Virus record (IMG/VR): IMGVR_UViG_2541047747_000003
DNA: 54,039 bases
Source of the DNA: a virus
Taxonomy: Duplodnaviria > Heunggongvirae > Uroviricota > Caudoviricetes
Direction: 5' to 3' (one strand)
Both the position numbers and the translations under genes were made by a program. Below the pieces are notes generated by a model. The model made no database searches and had not been told where the DNA came from. It saw only the letters and a program-made list of their open reading frames with translations. The stretch's first letter is position 1, and each line of letters begins with the position of its first letter. Of this stretch, positions 18,095-27,090 are shown piece by piece.

Positions 18095-18700
18095 ATGCAA
18101 AACCCTAAGAAACCAATAAGACGCCGTTGCAAATGCTGCGGCGTTTTTTTTGAGCCTAAATATCACAATCAAACGTGGTGCAGCGACGAATGCCTGGAAG
18201 AACTGAAATTTGACCAGTTATGCCGCGACCGTGAGAAGGCTATGAAGGCTATGGAACGGAAGAAACGCCGTGATAGCCAGCGGGAAGAACGCAACCGGAA
18301 GCGGAAGCAGTTAAATCCGCGTAGCTATTGGTTAAAGCAGGCACAAGCGGTATTTAATGCCTATATCCGCGAACGTGACGCGCGGTTGCCGTGCATATCC
18401 TGCGGGACTTACTACGGTGAGCAATGCGGATACGATGCGGGGCATTACAGGACGGTCGCCGCCGCCGGACACCTTCGCTTCAATGAAGATAACGTCCACA
18501 AGCAATGTAGGCACTGCAACCAGATACTAGACGGCAACATCGGAGGGTATCGCCCGGCGCTGATTCGAAAAATTGGCCTCGCCAGGGTGGTAGCTCTGGA
18601 GAACAACAACGATACGCATAAATGGACGATCGAAGAATGCAAGGAGATCATTAAAGTTTACCAGGCGAAATTGGACGCCTTAAGGAGAAAGGCAGCATGA
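18095..18700 (+). CDS. ninG: NinG/Rap-family recombination protein
   Basis: Aligns with lambda NinG as recalled (CK.C...F.P....Q.WCS.EC......L...PRSYW.KQAQ..NA.IRERD..LPCISCGT...Q.DAGHYRT.AAA..LRFNE.N.HKQC..CNQ...GN...YR..LI..IG...V...E.N....WTIEECK.I...YQ.KL..LR). Confidence 0.8.
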   Translation: MQNPKKPIRRRCKCCGVFFEPKYHNQTWCSDECLEELKFDQLCRDREKAMKAMERKKRRDSQREERNRKRKQLNPRSYWLKQAQAVFNAYIRERDARLPCISCGTYYGEQCGYDAGHYRTVAAAGHLRFNEDNVHKQCRHCNQILDGNIGGYRPALIRKIGLARVVALENNNDTHKWTIEECKEIIKVYQAKLDALRRKAA

Positions 18701-19098
18701 ATGAATATACTTTTAGCCTGCCTTACCCGCCATCGAACAATAAATATTACCGGCATTCGCGCGGTTTCCACTATATAAGCAAGGAAGGTAAGGAATACAG
18801 GGAGCAGGTAAAAGACATTATAAAACTGCTTAATCTGAAAATTAATCTTAAGTGTAGGCTATCAATAACGGTGTATATTGCACCGCCAGATAACAGACGC
18901 CGCGATATTGACAATGTAGGGAAGGCATTATTTGACGCTATAACTTATTCCGGTTTTTGGGCTGATGATAGCCAGGTTGACGCAATGAAATTTGTCCGCT
19001 GCCGGAAGGTAAAAAGAGGGCGATTGTTTATCAAGGTACGCGAACGCGGCGACCTGTTACCGGATATTAACGAATACTTGACTAATATGTGGTGGTAA
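18697..19098 (+). CDS. rusA: RusA-family Holliday junction resolvase
   Basis: 133 aa with conserved D-x-D-N segment (RRRDIDNVGKALFDAI) and WADDSQV. Confidence 0.75.
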   Translation: MNEYTFSLPYPPSNNKYYRHSRGFHYISKEGKEYREQVKDIIKLLNLKINLKCRLSITVYIAPPDNRRRDIDNVGKALFDAITYSGFWADDSQVDAMKFVRCRKVKRGRLFIKVRERGDLLPDINEYLTNMWW

Positions 19099-19283
19099 CA
19101 ATGAAAAACGAAATTAAAGATCTGCAAATAGATATTCAGCGCGACGAGCATGATTTGGAAACTGTACGACAAATACAGGTTTTCCACATGCGAGAATTGC
19201 TTGCGCTTAAAGAGCTTGAAAGAAAGCTAGTGCAATCAATATCTGATCGCAAAAGACTGGTTGCACGTTACGGGGGTAAATAA
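19089..19283 (+). CDS. Hypothetical protein
   Basis: 64-aa ORF, coiled-coil-like, coupled to neighbours. Confidence 0.45.
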   Translation: MVVTMKNEIKDLQIDIQRDEHDLETVRQIQVFHMRELLALKELERKLVQSISDRKRLVARYGGK

Positions 19284-20005
19284 TGAATTTGGAATCTATT
19301 CTTAAATTCCACCTCCCAAAATCACCGCGTTTGTCAGATGAAAGCCGGGGCACGTCCCCAGACTCGCTTAATACTACTGATGCACTAACCGCAGCAGGTA
19401 TGGCGCAATCGCGCGTAGAGCTTGGTTATAGCGCTTTTTTAGGGAAGATGGAACTGTCGCAAGCCGAAAAACACAGGGCCGTAGTTTTGCTTACAGAGCG
19501 TTTAAGAGCTATGGCAAAAGATTACGAATACGTCATGGAGCTGGACGAGGACAAACGCAATGATCTTATTATTCTTGTTGCCGTTTTCGCGTTTCGGGAT
19601 TACTGCCAGAGTGCCGCGACAGAAAAAACTTGTATGGATTGCGGCGGATATAAATTTACGTTTGACGACTACGGAGAAAAACACCTTTGCAAAAAATGCA
19701 AGGGGCATGGAAAAGTTCGCAATCATTGTAAACAATGCAAGGGCCGTGGCGAAGTACCGGATAAAGCAGCCAGCGAAGCGGCGGAAATGCCAGTGTTCAA
19801 AACGTGCCAGCATTGCGGCGGGCGCGGGTACTCGCGTTTCCCTGTAGATCTTGTCCGGCAGGCGGTTAATCAGCTTGTTTTCCCGGTAAGCCGATCAACG
19901 TGGTGGAAGAAATACCGTGCTTTCTATGAAGACGCCATTACTGAATTGTTCAAAGAAGAGGCGCGGGCTGATAACGAAATTAAACTAGTGACACGGGGTG
20001 AATAA
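19283..20005 (+). CDS. Cysteine-rich zinc-finger protein with four CxxCxGxG repeats (possible Q-like late antiterminator)
   Basis: 240 aa; CMDCGGYK, CKKCKGHGK, CKQCKGRGE, CQHCGGRGY; sits after ninG-rusA, the usual Q position. Confidence 0.45.
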   Translation: MNLESILKFHLPKSPRLSDESRGTSPDSLNTTDALTAAGMAQSRVELGYSAFLGKMELSQAEKHRAVVLLTERLRAMAKDYEYVMELDEDKRNDLIILVAVFAFRDYCQSAATEKTCMDCGGYKFTFDDYGEKHLCKKCKGHGKVRNHCKQCKGRGEVPDKAASEAAEMPVFKTCQHCGGRGYSRFPVDLVRQAVNQLVFPVSRSTWWKKYRAFYEDAITELFKEEARADNEIKLVTRGE

Positions 20006-20205
20006 TGAAACAACAAGAGATAAATATGAAAAAAGTGATTATTCTTTTTGAAGATTATAACGGTGAGGTATGGTGCAAGTATTTAAGCGGTGTTGAAGCA
20101 CGGTTGGCGCTAACGTTTATTGCCGCACTGGATGAAGGGGATTTTAACGCTATTCCGGTTAAGCCAGTAGAAATCTATCGTCGCGAGGTGAAGGATGAAG
20201 CCTAA
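20005..20205 (+). CDS. Hypothetical protein
   Basis: 66-aa ORF with RBS GGGGTGAATA. Confidence 0.45.
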   Translation: MKQQEINMKKVIILFEDYNGEVWCKYLSGVEARLALTFIAALDEGDFNAIPVKPVEIYRREVKDEA

Positions 20206-20464
20206 ATTAAAAGAACATCTATTCGCAAAGCTGGTCAATAACCTGACATTAACGGCGCGTGTGTGCAGTGATACGCAACAATTAAGGGCGTGGATAGCAA
20301 GGGATTTAAGAAAATACATTGAGCCAGGCGGACCAGGCGACGAAATGACTATGGACAAGGCCATCAAGCGCCGTTCGGCTGAATGGTCAGTGAGTAACAC
20401 TGGATTAACCGGATACATTGAAGGCTATAACGACTGTTTACAGGATCATAGCGATGGCAAGTAA
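20195..20464 (+). CDS. Hypothetical protein
   Basis: 89-aa ORF. Confidence 0.45.
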   Translation: MKPKLKEHLFAKLVNNLTLTARVCSDTQQLRAWIARDLRKYIEPGGPGDEMTMDKAIKRRSAEWSVSNTGLTGYIEGYNDCLQDHSDGK

Positions 20465-20762
20465 AGACCTGCATTTGAATCTGAAAGGGGAATATTTCCA
20501 CGCCATCCGGGCGGGAAAGAAGGTGGAGGAATACCGACTTTATAATGAATACTGGCGTAAACGCCTGGAGGGGCGGGAATATGAACGCCTGATCATTAAG
20601 CTGGGGTATCCAGCCAGCCACGAAACACACCGGATCATAAACCAGCCTTATTTCGGGTATGAAGTGAAAACTATCACACATCCATTGTTCGGCCCTGATC
20701 CTGTTAAGGTATTCGCAATTAAATGTGATGTGAATTGGATGTTAAGGTGGGGTGAGCAATGA
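20454..20762 (+). CDS. Hypothetical protein (possible ASCH/DUF3850-like)
   Basis: Start chosen at MASKDLHLNLKGEYFHAIRAGKK..EEYR. Confidence 0.4.
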   Translation: MASKDLHLNLKGEYFHAIRAGKKVEEYRLYNEYWRKRLEGREYERLIIKLGYPASHETHRIINQPYFGYEVKTITHPLFGPDPVKVFAIKCDVNWMLRWGEQ

Positions 20763-20974
20763 AAAAAGCTGGCCTATCAATTAGCCGTGTATTGTGCGGT
20801 GACGAAAACGAGATCCGCATAGAAATTAAATTTAGCACAGGTAAAGAGATAATCCTTTACACGACGCCTGAAAACCTGACGCTGGCGCTTACTGGTAAAT
20901 CTGAAACGCCGTGCGACGTCCGGTTGCGCAATATTGAAATTAAGGAATTAAGGAAGGTGAAAGATGAAAAGTAA
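20759..20974 (+). CDS. Hypothetical protein
   Basis: 71-aa ORF. Confidence 0.45.
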   Translation: MKKAGLSISRVLCGDENEIRIEIKFSTGKEIILYTTPENLTLALTGKSETPCDVRLRNIEIKELRKVKDEK

Positions 20975-21182
20975 CCGTAAACGCCTGGTAAGGGCGTATG
21001 ACAAAGCGTTAAAGGCTTTTGACGACCTGCGGCACAATAAGCGCCAGCGCCGCAAGTGGGCGCGAATGCTTGTTAATGAATGGCATTATCCTGATGCCGC
21101 CTTGATAGAAGGCGCACCGCCATTTACACAGGAGCAAGCCGACGAAGTGGCTAACGATAACGTTTATTATATGATGTGGTGA
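20964..21182 (+). CDS. Hypothetical protein
   Basis: 72-aa ORF. Confidence 0.45.
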   Translation: MKSNRKRLVRAYDKALKAFDDLRHNKRQRRKWARMLVNEWHYPDAALIEGAPPFTQEQADEVANDNVYYMMW

Positions 21183-21186
21183 TAAT

Positions 21187-21552
21187 ATGCAAATAATCAT
21201 TGATTACCTTTGCCACGCTGCAAATACGCTTTTCGGTTTTTATCAGCATCCATTCCTGAAAGAATGGGACGAAATGCTTAATGACATCATTGATAAAGGG
21301 TTAATAGTTGAAGTGGACGAGCTAACGATAAAATTCAATTACGAAGGCAAAGAATATGAAATATGGGTAGGGAATAGATGGTATTCATACGGGCATATTT
21401 ATTCAATTGGCGGCAAATACATTAAACGGAGCCAGGAGTTTAGACCGCGATTCCGAACAATGCGCCGTCTGCGTGACCTGCATATGAATATATTTGAAGA
21501 TCAGAAAGCGTGTGAACTATTCAAGATCTACGGTGATAAATCATGGAACTAA
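21187..21552 (+). CDS. Hypothetical protein
   Basis: 121-aa ORF. Confidence 0.5.
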   Translation: MQIIIDYLCHAANTLFGFYQHPFLKEWDEMLNDIIDKGLIVEVDELTIKFNYEGKEYEIWVGNRWYSYGHIYSIGGKYIKRSQEFRPRFRTMRRLRDLHMNIFEDQKACELFKIYGDKSWN

Positions 21553-21773
21553 AAATCTGGCAGGCTATCGACGTTGTTGATAACGAATTAACCATGTTTG
21601 CCACTGATGGAAAGCGCGTGGTGATCGCTACATGGACGCGCAACCATGATGATATAGCTTTTCGTCGCAAGGCTGCGGAGTGGCTTTTCTCTGACAACGG
21701 CTACACGATGAATATCATGCAGCTTTCCAGAATGAAGGATGAAAAGCTGGTTGATAGTTACACAACTGCATAG
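21543..21773 (+). CDS. Hypothetical protein
   Basis: 76-aa ORF. Confidence 0.45.
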   Translation: MELKIWQAIDVVDNELTMFATDGKRVVIATWTRNHDDIAFRRKAAEWLFSDNGYTMNIMQLSRMKDEKLVDSYTTA

Positions 21774-21783
21774 TGGGGCAAAT

Positions 21784-22017
21784 ATGTGTATCTATGAACA
21801 CAAGCGGGATAAAACCCGCTTTTTTGTTCGTGCTGGCGTGGCTTACCAGTATCACGACTGCGGATATATCGAGGCGCTTGCTTACGATCTGGATTTCGAA
21901 CAAGAAAAAGAATGGTTTGATTTCAAGATTTACCGGAAGCGCAAGCCAACGCGTGACGAACGACACGCTATCCGGGACTTTTTAATCAGCATAGACCGCT
22001 GGGAGGCAGACGAATGA
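21784..22017 (+). CDS. Hypothetical protein
   Basis: Start chosen at MCIYEHKRDK. Confidence 0.4.
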   Translation: MCIYEHKRDKTRFFVRAGVAYQYHDCGYIEALAYDLDFEQEKEWFDFKIYRKRKPTRDERHAIRDFLISIDRWEADE

Positions 22018-22241
22018 AAGTTAAATTCTTGCACGATCACGGATACCCGTCATTGAAACAGGTTGTTGGTAAGGTCGTTAATGTCGTTCATAGCGATGAT
22101 ATTGCTTGCATGATTAATGGTGCTGATCTCATTGCTGCTGGTGCTGATGACCATTACATCAATCCGGCGTGGTCGTATACGTTCAGCCAGGGCGACTTCG
22201 TGGGCGATAAGGGGCGCGGGCTGCAAGTAGTCGAGGGTTAA
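22014..22241 (+). CDS. Hypothetical small protein
   Basis: 75-aa ORF. Confidence 0.45.
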   Translation: MKVKFLHDHGYPSLKQVVGKVVNVVHSDDIACMINGADLIAAGADDHYINPAWSYTFSQGDFVGDKGRGLQVVEG

Positions 22242-22245
22242 TATT

Positions 22246-22494
22246 ATGGACGTTTACGAGGATGTTTACCTGGCACCTTCATCTTATAGCTTTTATTTTC
22301 TGATAAATGGAAAGGCTTATAGATGCGATTCTGACGGGGTGAGAGAAGAAAAGCTGTTTTGCACTAAAGGATACCTGGATGATTTGGTTTTTGCCGGGAT
22401 ATTTCGTAAACGCCCGGCTAACCTGGAAGAAGAAATGTTGATTGAGGTAATTAAAAATGAAAATAAGGGTAAGTTATTTCCGGGCGAAAGATAA
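22246..22494 (+). CDS. Hypothetical small protein
   Basis: 82-aa ORF. Confidence 0.45.
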   Translation: MDVYEDVYLAPSSYSFYFLINGKAYRCDSDGVREEKLFCTKGYLDDLVFAGIFRKRPANLEEEMLIEVIKNENKGKLFPGER

Positions 22495-22708
22495 GGCAAC
22501 AGGAAAGCAGATTGCGATCCTGGTTAACGAGGCGCAGTACATGTTTGTCCTTCAGCCGTGGTGTGTTGTAGATCTTAACGACAACTGTCGCCGCCACGCT
22601 GCGCGAAGTGCTGTTGGTATGAAAGGCTGGCAACCGCGCGACATGGAAAAATATTGTGAATGGAAATTGGTGGCAAAATACACGGTCGATTATAAAGGGG
22701 TTTTCTGA
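22457..22708 (+). CDS. Hypothetical small protein
   Basis: 83-aa ORF. Confidence 0.4.
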   Translation: MKIRVSYFRAKDKATGKQIAILVNEAQYMFVLQPWCVVDLNDNCRRHAARSAVGMKGWQPRDMEKYCEWKLVAKYTVDYKGVF

Positions 22709-22932
22709 TGTTTGTAAAATGTATAAAGTCTCGTTTCCCTAATCTTTTTGTGGTTGATGAGATTTACGACATAGAAACGCTAATAAGCAGAACTAACGAT
22801 ATTCAGTACATTTATGATGAAGATGGCGATCCGTGGTTTTTTTATAACGATCTCAATGGTAGCGGATTCGTTGATGGCGTTGGCGGTAATGGTGTGCCAG
22901 TTGCGCTATTTATAAATGCAAATAAGGAATGA
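22708..22932 (+). CDS. Small protein, member 1 of a tandem paralogue set
   Basis: 74 aa; shares the pattern hydrophobic-KC..S....F..G..Y.V......YI.DD.G..W.F with the next three ORFs. Confidence 0.45.
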   Translation: MFVKCIKSRFPNLFVVDEIYDIETLISRTNDIQYIYDEDGDPWFFYNDLNGSGFVDGVGGNGVPVALFINANKE

Positions 22933-23144
22933 ATATCATGTATGTTAGATGCACTGAATCAAAATCATCATGCTTTGAGGTTGGCGGAATATATACCGTA
23001 GCTCACCTGACTGGTGATGAACTTAACACCCAATACATTAAAGACGACCACGGAGACGCGTGGCGCTATTGGGATTGTTACGCGCGTGGACACGTTGCCA
23101 GCCAGTTCAGTACGGAACCGATCGCGCGTTTTGTTAAGTGGTGA
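22929..23144 (+). CDS. Small protein, member 2 of a tandem paralogue set
   Basis: 71 aa; MYVRCTESKSSCFEVGGIYTV...YIKDDHGDAWRYW. Confidence 0.45.
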   Translation: MNIMYVRCTESKSSCFEVGGIYTVAHLTGDELNTQYIKDDHGDAWRYWDCYARGHVASQFSTEPIARFVKW

Positions 23145-23153
23145 GGTAGTGTT

Positions 23154-23393
23154 ATGAGACAGAATCAGAGATACCAGTGCACATACTCACGATGCAGCGC
23201 GTTTTTTAAGAATGGCAAGATCTACGAAGTCGGAGCGGCATTGGTTGACGCAAAGGATCAGGAATATATTCACGCCATTACTGACGACCAGGGCCAGTTA
23301 TGGCGATTTTATAAGATGGGATGTGGAACTGCGCTTGTTTATGCGCGGGCTTGTGGTGGTGCTTTTGCTGCGTTTTCGTATGTAGGTGCATAA
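23154..23393 (+). CDS. Small protein, member 3 of a tandem paralogue set
   Basis: 79 aa; CTYSRCSAFFKNGKIYEV...YIHAITDDQGQLWRFY. Confidence 0.45.
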   Translation: MRQNQRYQCTYSRCSAFFKNGKIYEVGAALVDAKDQEYIHAITDDQGQLWRFYKMGCGTALVYARACGGAFAAFSYVGA

Positions 23394-23394
23394 A

Positions 23395-23613
23395 ATGATT
23401 TTAACGTGTAACGAATCGGGATTAGGTTGTTTTGAGGAAGGAGCACAGTACACGGCTGAAAAACCGATGGGATTGTCTCCTAAATTTCCGTTTATCGTCG
23501 TGACTGACACTTACGGTCACTTATGGTATGCAGGGCCGCTAGGCGGTATTGGTCGTTATGTTGTCCGTAGTTCGGATGGGGCGATGAAGGTTACTTTTAC
23601 GGAAGAAACGTAA
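23395..23613 (+). CDS. Small protein, member 4 of a tandem paralogue set
   Basis: Start chosen at MILTCNESGLGCFEEGAQYTA...VVTDTYGHLWYAG. Confidence 0.45.
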   Translation: MILTCNESGLGCFEEGAQYTAEKPMGLSPKFPFIVVTDTYGHLWYAGPLGGIGRYVVRSSDGAMKVTFTEET

Positions 23614-23711
23614 ATGTGATCTGTATCACAAGGTTTACGAAATGGCATTGTTTCGGCAGTGCCATTTTGTTATAAAGAAGCTGAAGAGAGAACGATGCGG
23701 AGGGTAGAAAA

Positions 23712-23990
23712 ATGAAACGCTGGATTAACAAAGAAGTCGAATCTCGCTTAAACGCATTTTGGGAGATGGTGGAGAAAGAAGACCCAGCACACGCTGCAAG
23801 CCCTTACCTGAACAACATCGAATATCACTACATTGCAGCAAACAACGCGGAGTTCGAAGAAGAAGGTGGAGCCGACAAGTTCGCACAAAGCAACGCATTC
23901 AACAACGCAAACGAAACGATGATGGCAGTCATCGAACAGGCAGAGGAAGACTACGAATGCAAATCACTTGAATTTGCACGCATGGCATAA
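23712..23990 (+). CDS. Hypothetical protein
   Basis: 92-aa ORF with RBS GGAGGG. Confidence 0.5.
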   Translation: MKRWINKEVESRLNAFWEMVEKEDPAHAASPYLNNIEYHYIAANNAEFEEEGGADKFAQSNAFNNANETMMAVIEQAEEDYECKSLEFARMA

Positions 23991-23999
23991 GGGGGAACC

Positions 24000-24140
24000 A
24001 TGAACGCTAACGCTAAATATCCGGCCTGGGTTTTCGAACTATACGCCCGCTACTTTGAAGTATTGGCACCAGGTGAAGAAGCATTAAGCATTGACGAATA
24101 CGCGGAGTGCTTAGGATTTAGAGGAGGAGAAGAAGAATAA
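24000..24140 (+). CDS. Hypothetical small protein (46 aa)
   Basis: Hand-translated MNANAKYPAWVFELYARYFEVLAPGEEALSIDEYAECLGFRGGEEE; RBS AAGGGGGA. Confidence 0.35.
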   Translation: MNANAKYPAWVFELYARYFEVLAPGEEALSIDEYAECLGFRGGEEE

Positions 24141-24179
24141 ACACGGGGCAGAATGGCCCCATCAAACGGAGTAGAAATT

Positions 24180-24434
24180 ATGGTTGTGATCAGACTATGG
24201 CGCGGAGTTAGTAGGCTTGATGGCACATACAGCCGTGTAATTGAGGTTGTTAACAATAGTCGGTTTTATGAACTGGAATACAGCGAAAAAAGGGAGAATG
24301 AATATTTGAGCGAATCGACCCCTATGTGGTGCAAAGTGGCTGGCCTTTCTTCACTTATGCGTTGCGGGTTTTATACAGATTATAACACGCTAACAGATGC
24401 CGAACTGGTGGCAACTCTTTACGAAGGAGAATAA
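24180..24434 (+). CDS. Hypothetical protein
   Basis: Start chosen at MVVIRLWRG with RBS GGAG. Confidence 0.4.
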   Translation: MVVIRLWRGVSRLDGTYSRVIEVVNNSRFYELEYSEKRENEYLSESTPMWCKVAGLSSLMRCGFYTDYNTLTDAELVATLYEGE

Positions 24435-24437
24435 ACA

Positions 24438-24761
24438 ATGACTAAATTTATCAGCGTTAAAGTTTTCCGTGGTACTTTACCGAACGAAGAAAGATTGGGG
24501 GAATTCGCCGGGCAACCTGGCGCATGTTTCCGTGTAGCCACTGAAGACGATGCGCATGTTAAATGCTTCCACGTATCGGAACCGCCTTTTAATGCAGACC
24601 ATCTTGAGGACCCGGATAGAATTAAAAGCCTAGTTTTTGCCTATCTGATGTTCCAGGGTATCGCTAATATGGAAGTGGAATTGCTTGGCGCTGAACTGGC
24701 GGCAGAATACAAAATCACTGAAGCAGAAAGTGTAGGGTCGGAAATTGAGCGCATCAAATAA
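24438..24761 (+). CDS. Hypothetical protein
   Basis: 107-aa ORF. Confidence 0.5.
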   Translation: MTKFISVKVFRGTLPNEERLGEFAGQPGACFRVATEDDAHVKCFHVSEPPFNADHLEDPDRIKSLVFAYLMFQGIANMEVELLGAELAAEYKITEAESVGSEIERIK

Positions 24762-24996
24762 ACCTTACAAAATCCGGTGTAAAGGCGAATACCCTGGGTT
24801 TACGATTGGTTGCGAATACCTGGGCCACATTGGGTACGGCCCTTTCGGTGAATTAGGGATGAATACGCTGGACGACGACGGCGACAGCCGGACGCTCGAT
24901 CTTGATACGGATGACTTCGAATATATCCCTCCAGTTACTTACCGTGCCGTAGATGATTTCCTGGCTGAACAAGAAGATGATGAAGAGGATGATTAA
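24745..24996 (+). CDS. Hypothetical acidic protein
   Basis: 83-aa ORF with acidic C-terminus. Confidence 0.45.
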   Translation: MSASNKPYKIRCKGEYPGFTIGCEYLGHIGYGPFGELGMNTLDDDGDSRTLDLDTDDFEYIPPVTYRAVDDFLAEQEDDEEDD

Positions 24997-25131
24997 CTAT
25001 GGATGACGAATACGTTAACAATTTTATTGTTATGTTTCTTAGTGAAAATTGGCGCATGTTTGAACATTATTGTTTTGAGCGCGGGGAAAATGCTGAAGAA
25101 ATATATCAATATTTAGGCGGGGAGAAAGAGG

Positions 25132-25326
25132 ATGATTGAATGTCTTATCATTGCTGTGTTTCTCCTTTATATTGCTGGCGCTATCCTGATGTCTTGTTTT
25201 ATCAAATCTAATGATCTCGATCGTGGTGGTCTTGAGATTCCTTTCTGGCCTGTAGCGGTGTTTATTGCTCTCGTAGATGCCGCGCGCGCGCAGATCAAAA
25301 GGGTTATTAAGGAGCGCAAGAAATGA
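25132..25326 (+). CDS. Hypothetical membrane protein
   Basis: 64 aa with two hydrophobic helices; RBS GGGGAGAAAGAGG. Confidence 0.45.
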   Translation: MIECLIIAVFLLYIAGAILMSCFIKSNDLDRGGLEIPFWPVAVFIALVDAARAQIKRVIKERKK

Positions 25327-25505
25327 TTGAAGATGGTATATACGCCGTAACACTAATCGACAAGATGTTTTATCGCGTAGAGGGTGGTGATATTCGCGTT
25401 TGCGTTAGCGATGGTGAGTGGGTAGCGCCAATCATCAAGACGACGCGAGAAACAATTAAAATCTGGCTTGATAATGGCGATTTGGTGAAAGTTAGTGATT
25501 TGTAG
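25323..25505 (+). CDS. Hypothetical protein
   Basis: 60-aa ORF coupled to the upstream gene. Confidence 0.4.
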   Translation: MIEDGIYAVTLIDKMFYRVEGGDIRVCVSDGEWVAPIIKTTRETIKIWLDNGDLVKVSDL

Positions 25506-25610
25506 CCATAATCGCGCATAAAAAACAAATAGATTAAAATATTTCCTAACAATGCGAAATTGTAATTACCCGGCCACGAGCCGGGTTTTTGCTTTGTTGG
25601 AGGAAAATCT

Positions 25611-25811
25611 ATGTTCGACAGAATACGGGAGGCGTGCGCGTATGTGACCGGGGCCGTAACTGCTTTTTTCGGCGCGATAACCATTAATGATATTGCTGTC
25701 TTTGTGGGTATCTTATCAACCATAGGCACATTTGCCGTTAACTATTACTTCAAATCACAGGAGAACAAGCGAGCGCAAGAGGAACACGACGCGCGAATGG
25801 GGAATAAGTAA
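25611..25811 (+). CDS. Putative holin
   Basis: 66 aa, immediately upstream of the endolysin; hydrophobic segments then a charged C-terminus; RBS GGAGGAAAA. Confidence 0.55.
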   Translation: MFDRIREACAYVTGAVTAFFGAITINDIAVFVGILSTIGTFAVNYYFKSQENKRAQEEHDARMGNK

Positions 25812-25812
25812 C

Positions 25813-26304
25813 ATGATTAGCCAATCGCTGAAGAATAAAATTATTGCTGCGGCGGCTGGTGGGGCGATCGCTATTGCGGCTGTGATGGTTAAACCATTAG
25901 AGGGCGTGGAGTACGATCCTTATCGTGATGTTATCGGTGTATGGACTGTTTGCTATGGTCACACCGGAAAAGACATCATGCTTGGTAAGACTTACACGCA
26001 ATCAGAATGCGATACTTTGTTAAACAAAGATCTCCACAAAACCGCAAAAGCGATTAACCCATATATCAAAGTCGAAATATCAGATTTTACCCGCGCTGCG
26101 CTTTATTCATTCGCCTATAACGTAGGCGCAACCAACTTCAAAACATCAACCTTATTAAAGCTACTCAATGACGGTAAGAAATCAGAGGCGTGCGCACAGC
26201 TTAAACGCTGGGTATACGCTGGTGGTAAGAAGTGGCAAGGCCTGGTAAACCGCCGAGATGTTGAATATGCCGTTTGCGAATGGGGTGAAAAATGGACAAG
26301 GTGA
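25813..26304 (+). CDS. Endolysin, GH24 lysozyme with N-terminal signal-anchor-release (SAR) domain
   Basis: Catalytic block [23 protein letters not shown] (E-D-T triad context); N-terminal Gly/Ala-rich weakly hydrophobic SAR-like segment [17 protein letters not shown]. Confidence 0.85.
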   Translation: MISQSLKNKIIAAAAGGAIAIAAVMVKPLEGVEYDPYRDVIGVWTVCYGHTGKDIMLGKTYTQSECDTLLNKDLHKTAKAINPYIKVEISDFTRAALYSFAYNVGATNFKTSTLLKLLNDGKKSEACAQLKRWVYAGGKKWQGLVNRRDVEYAVCEWGEKWTR

Positions 26305-26762
26305 AGACGTTAATCATCGCCGTTGTTGTTTGCATTATTGCCGGGCTGACCGCCGTAACGTGTTATTACCAGGGTGAGGCGGCAAGGTTACAGGAAGAAG
26401 TCACGGTGACGAAAGGCGCACTAAAAACAGCAAGTAACACTATCCAGCAGATGAAGGAGCGAAACGCCGAACTGTCAAAACTTGATAAGAGGTATCACGA
26501 TGAGATTAAAGCTATCAGATCTGACATTGCCGATCTGCGCACTGGCATTGATAACGGCACTATCAGGCTGCGCATCAACGCAATGCCCGTGCGAGTGTCT
26601 GACCCAGCCGGAACCGTCCGCGCCATTGATGGAGCCGCCTGTAGACTCACTCCCGACGCTGAATCGGCTTATCTATCCCTCAGAGAACAACTGAAAACGA
26701 AAGATGCCCAAATTATCGGGTTGCAGGACTACATAAAAACACAGTGCTTACGCAAAGAATAA
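26292..26762 (+). CDS. Rz-like i-spanin
   Basis: N-terminal transmembrane helix, coiled-coil periplasmic domain; directly follows the endolysin. Confidence 0.7.
   Translation: MDKVKTLIIAVVVCIIAGLTAVTCYYQGEAARLQEEVTVTKGALKTASNTIQQMKERNAELSKLDKRYHDEIKAIRSDIADLRTGIDNGTIRLRINAMPVRVSDPAGTVRAIDGAACRLTPDAESAYLSLREQLKTKDAQIIGLQDYIKTQCLRKE
26500..26694 (+). CDS. Rz1-like o-spanin lipoprotein (embedded in the Rz +1 frame)
   Basis: Lipobox LSGC, proline-rich mature region; entirely nested in the Rz gene. Confidence 0.6.
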   Translation: MRLKLSDLTLPICALALITALSGCASTQCPCECLTQPEPSAPLMEPPVDSLPTLNRLIYPSENN

Positions 26763-27090
26763 CAGTGCGTGGGCGTGTCGCCGTTTCTGCCAGCCAGCCA
26801 TGACCGGGCCAATCCTTACCGCGAGCGACGGCAGAAATTCAAAAACACGTAATACCGGATGCACGTCATCCCATTAACAGGTCCGGCGCTACCTGGGTAG
26901 AAGAAAGCGCCATTACTCACCTGCCATGCGTAGGACGAGCGCCAGGATCTGTTTACCAGAGATGTTGAGCAGGTCCAGTTTTATAAAATTCTGTAAACGG
27001 TACTCACACAGCGCCGTTTTCAGTGTTTTATGTCATTCCTGCCGCTGTATAAACAGGAAGTAAAAGCAAACCAGACAGGAGATTATTCTG

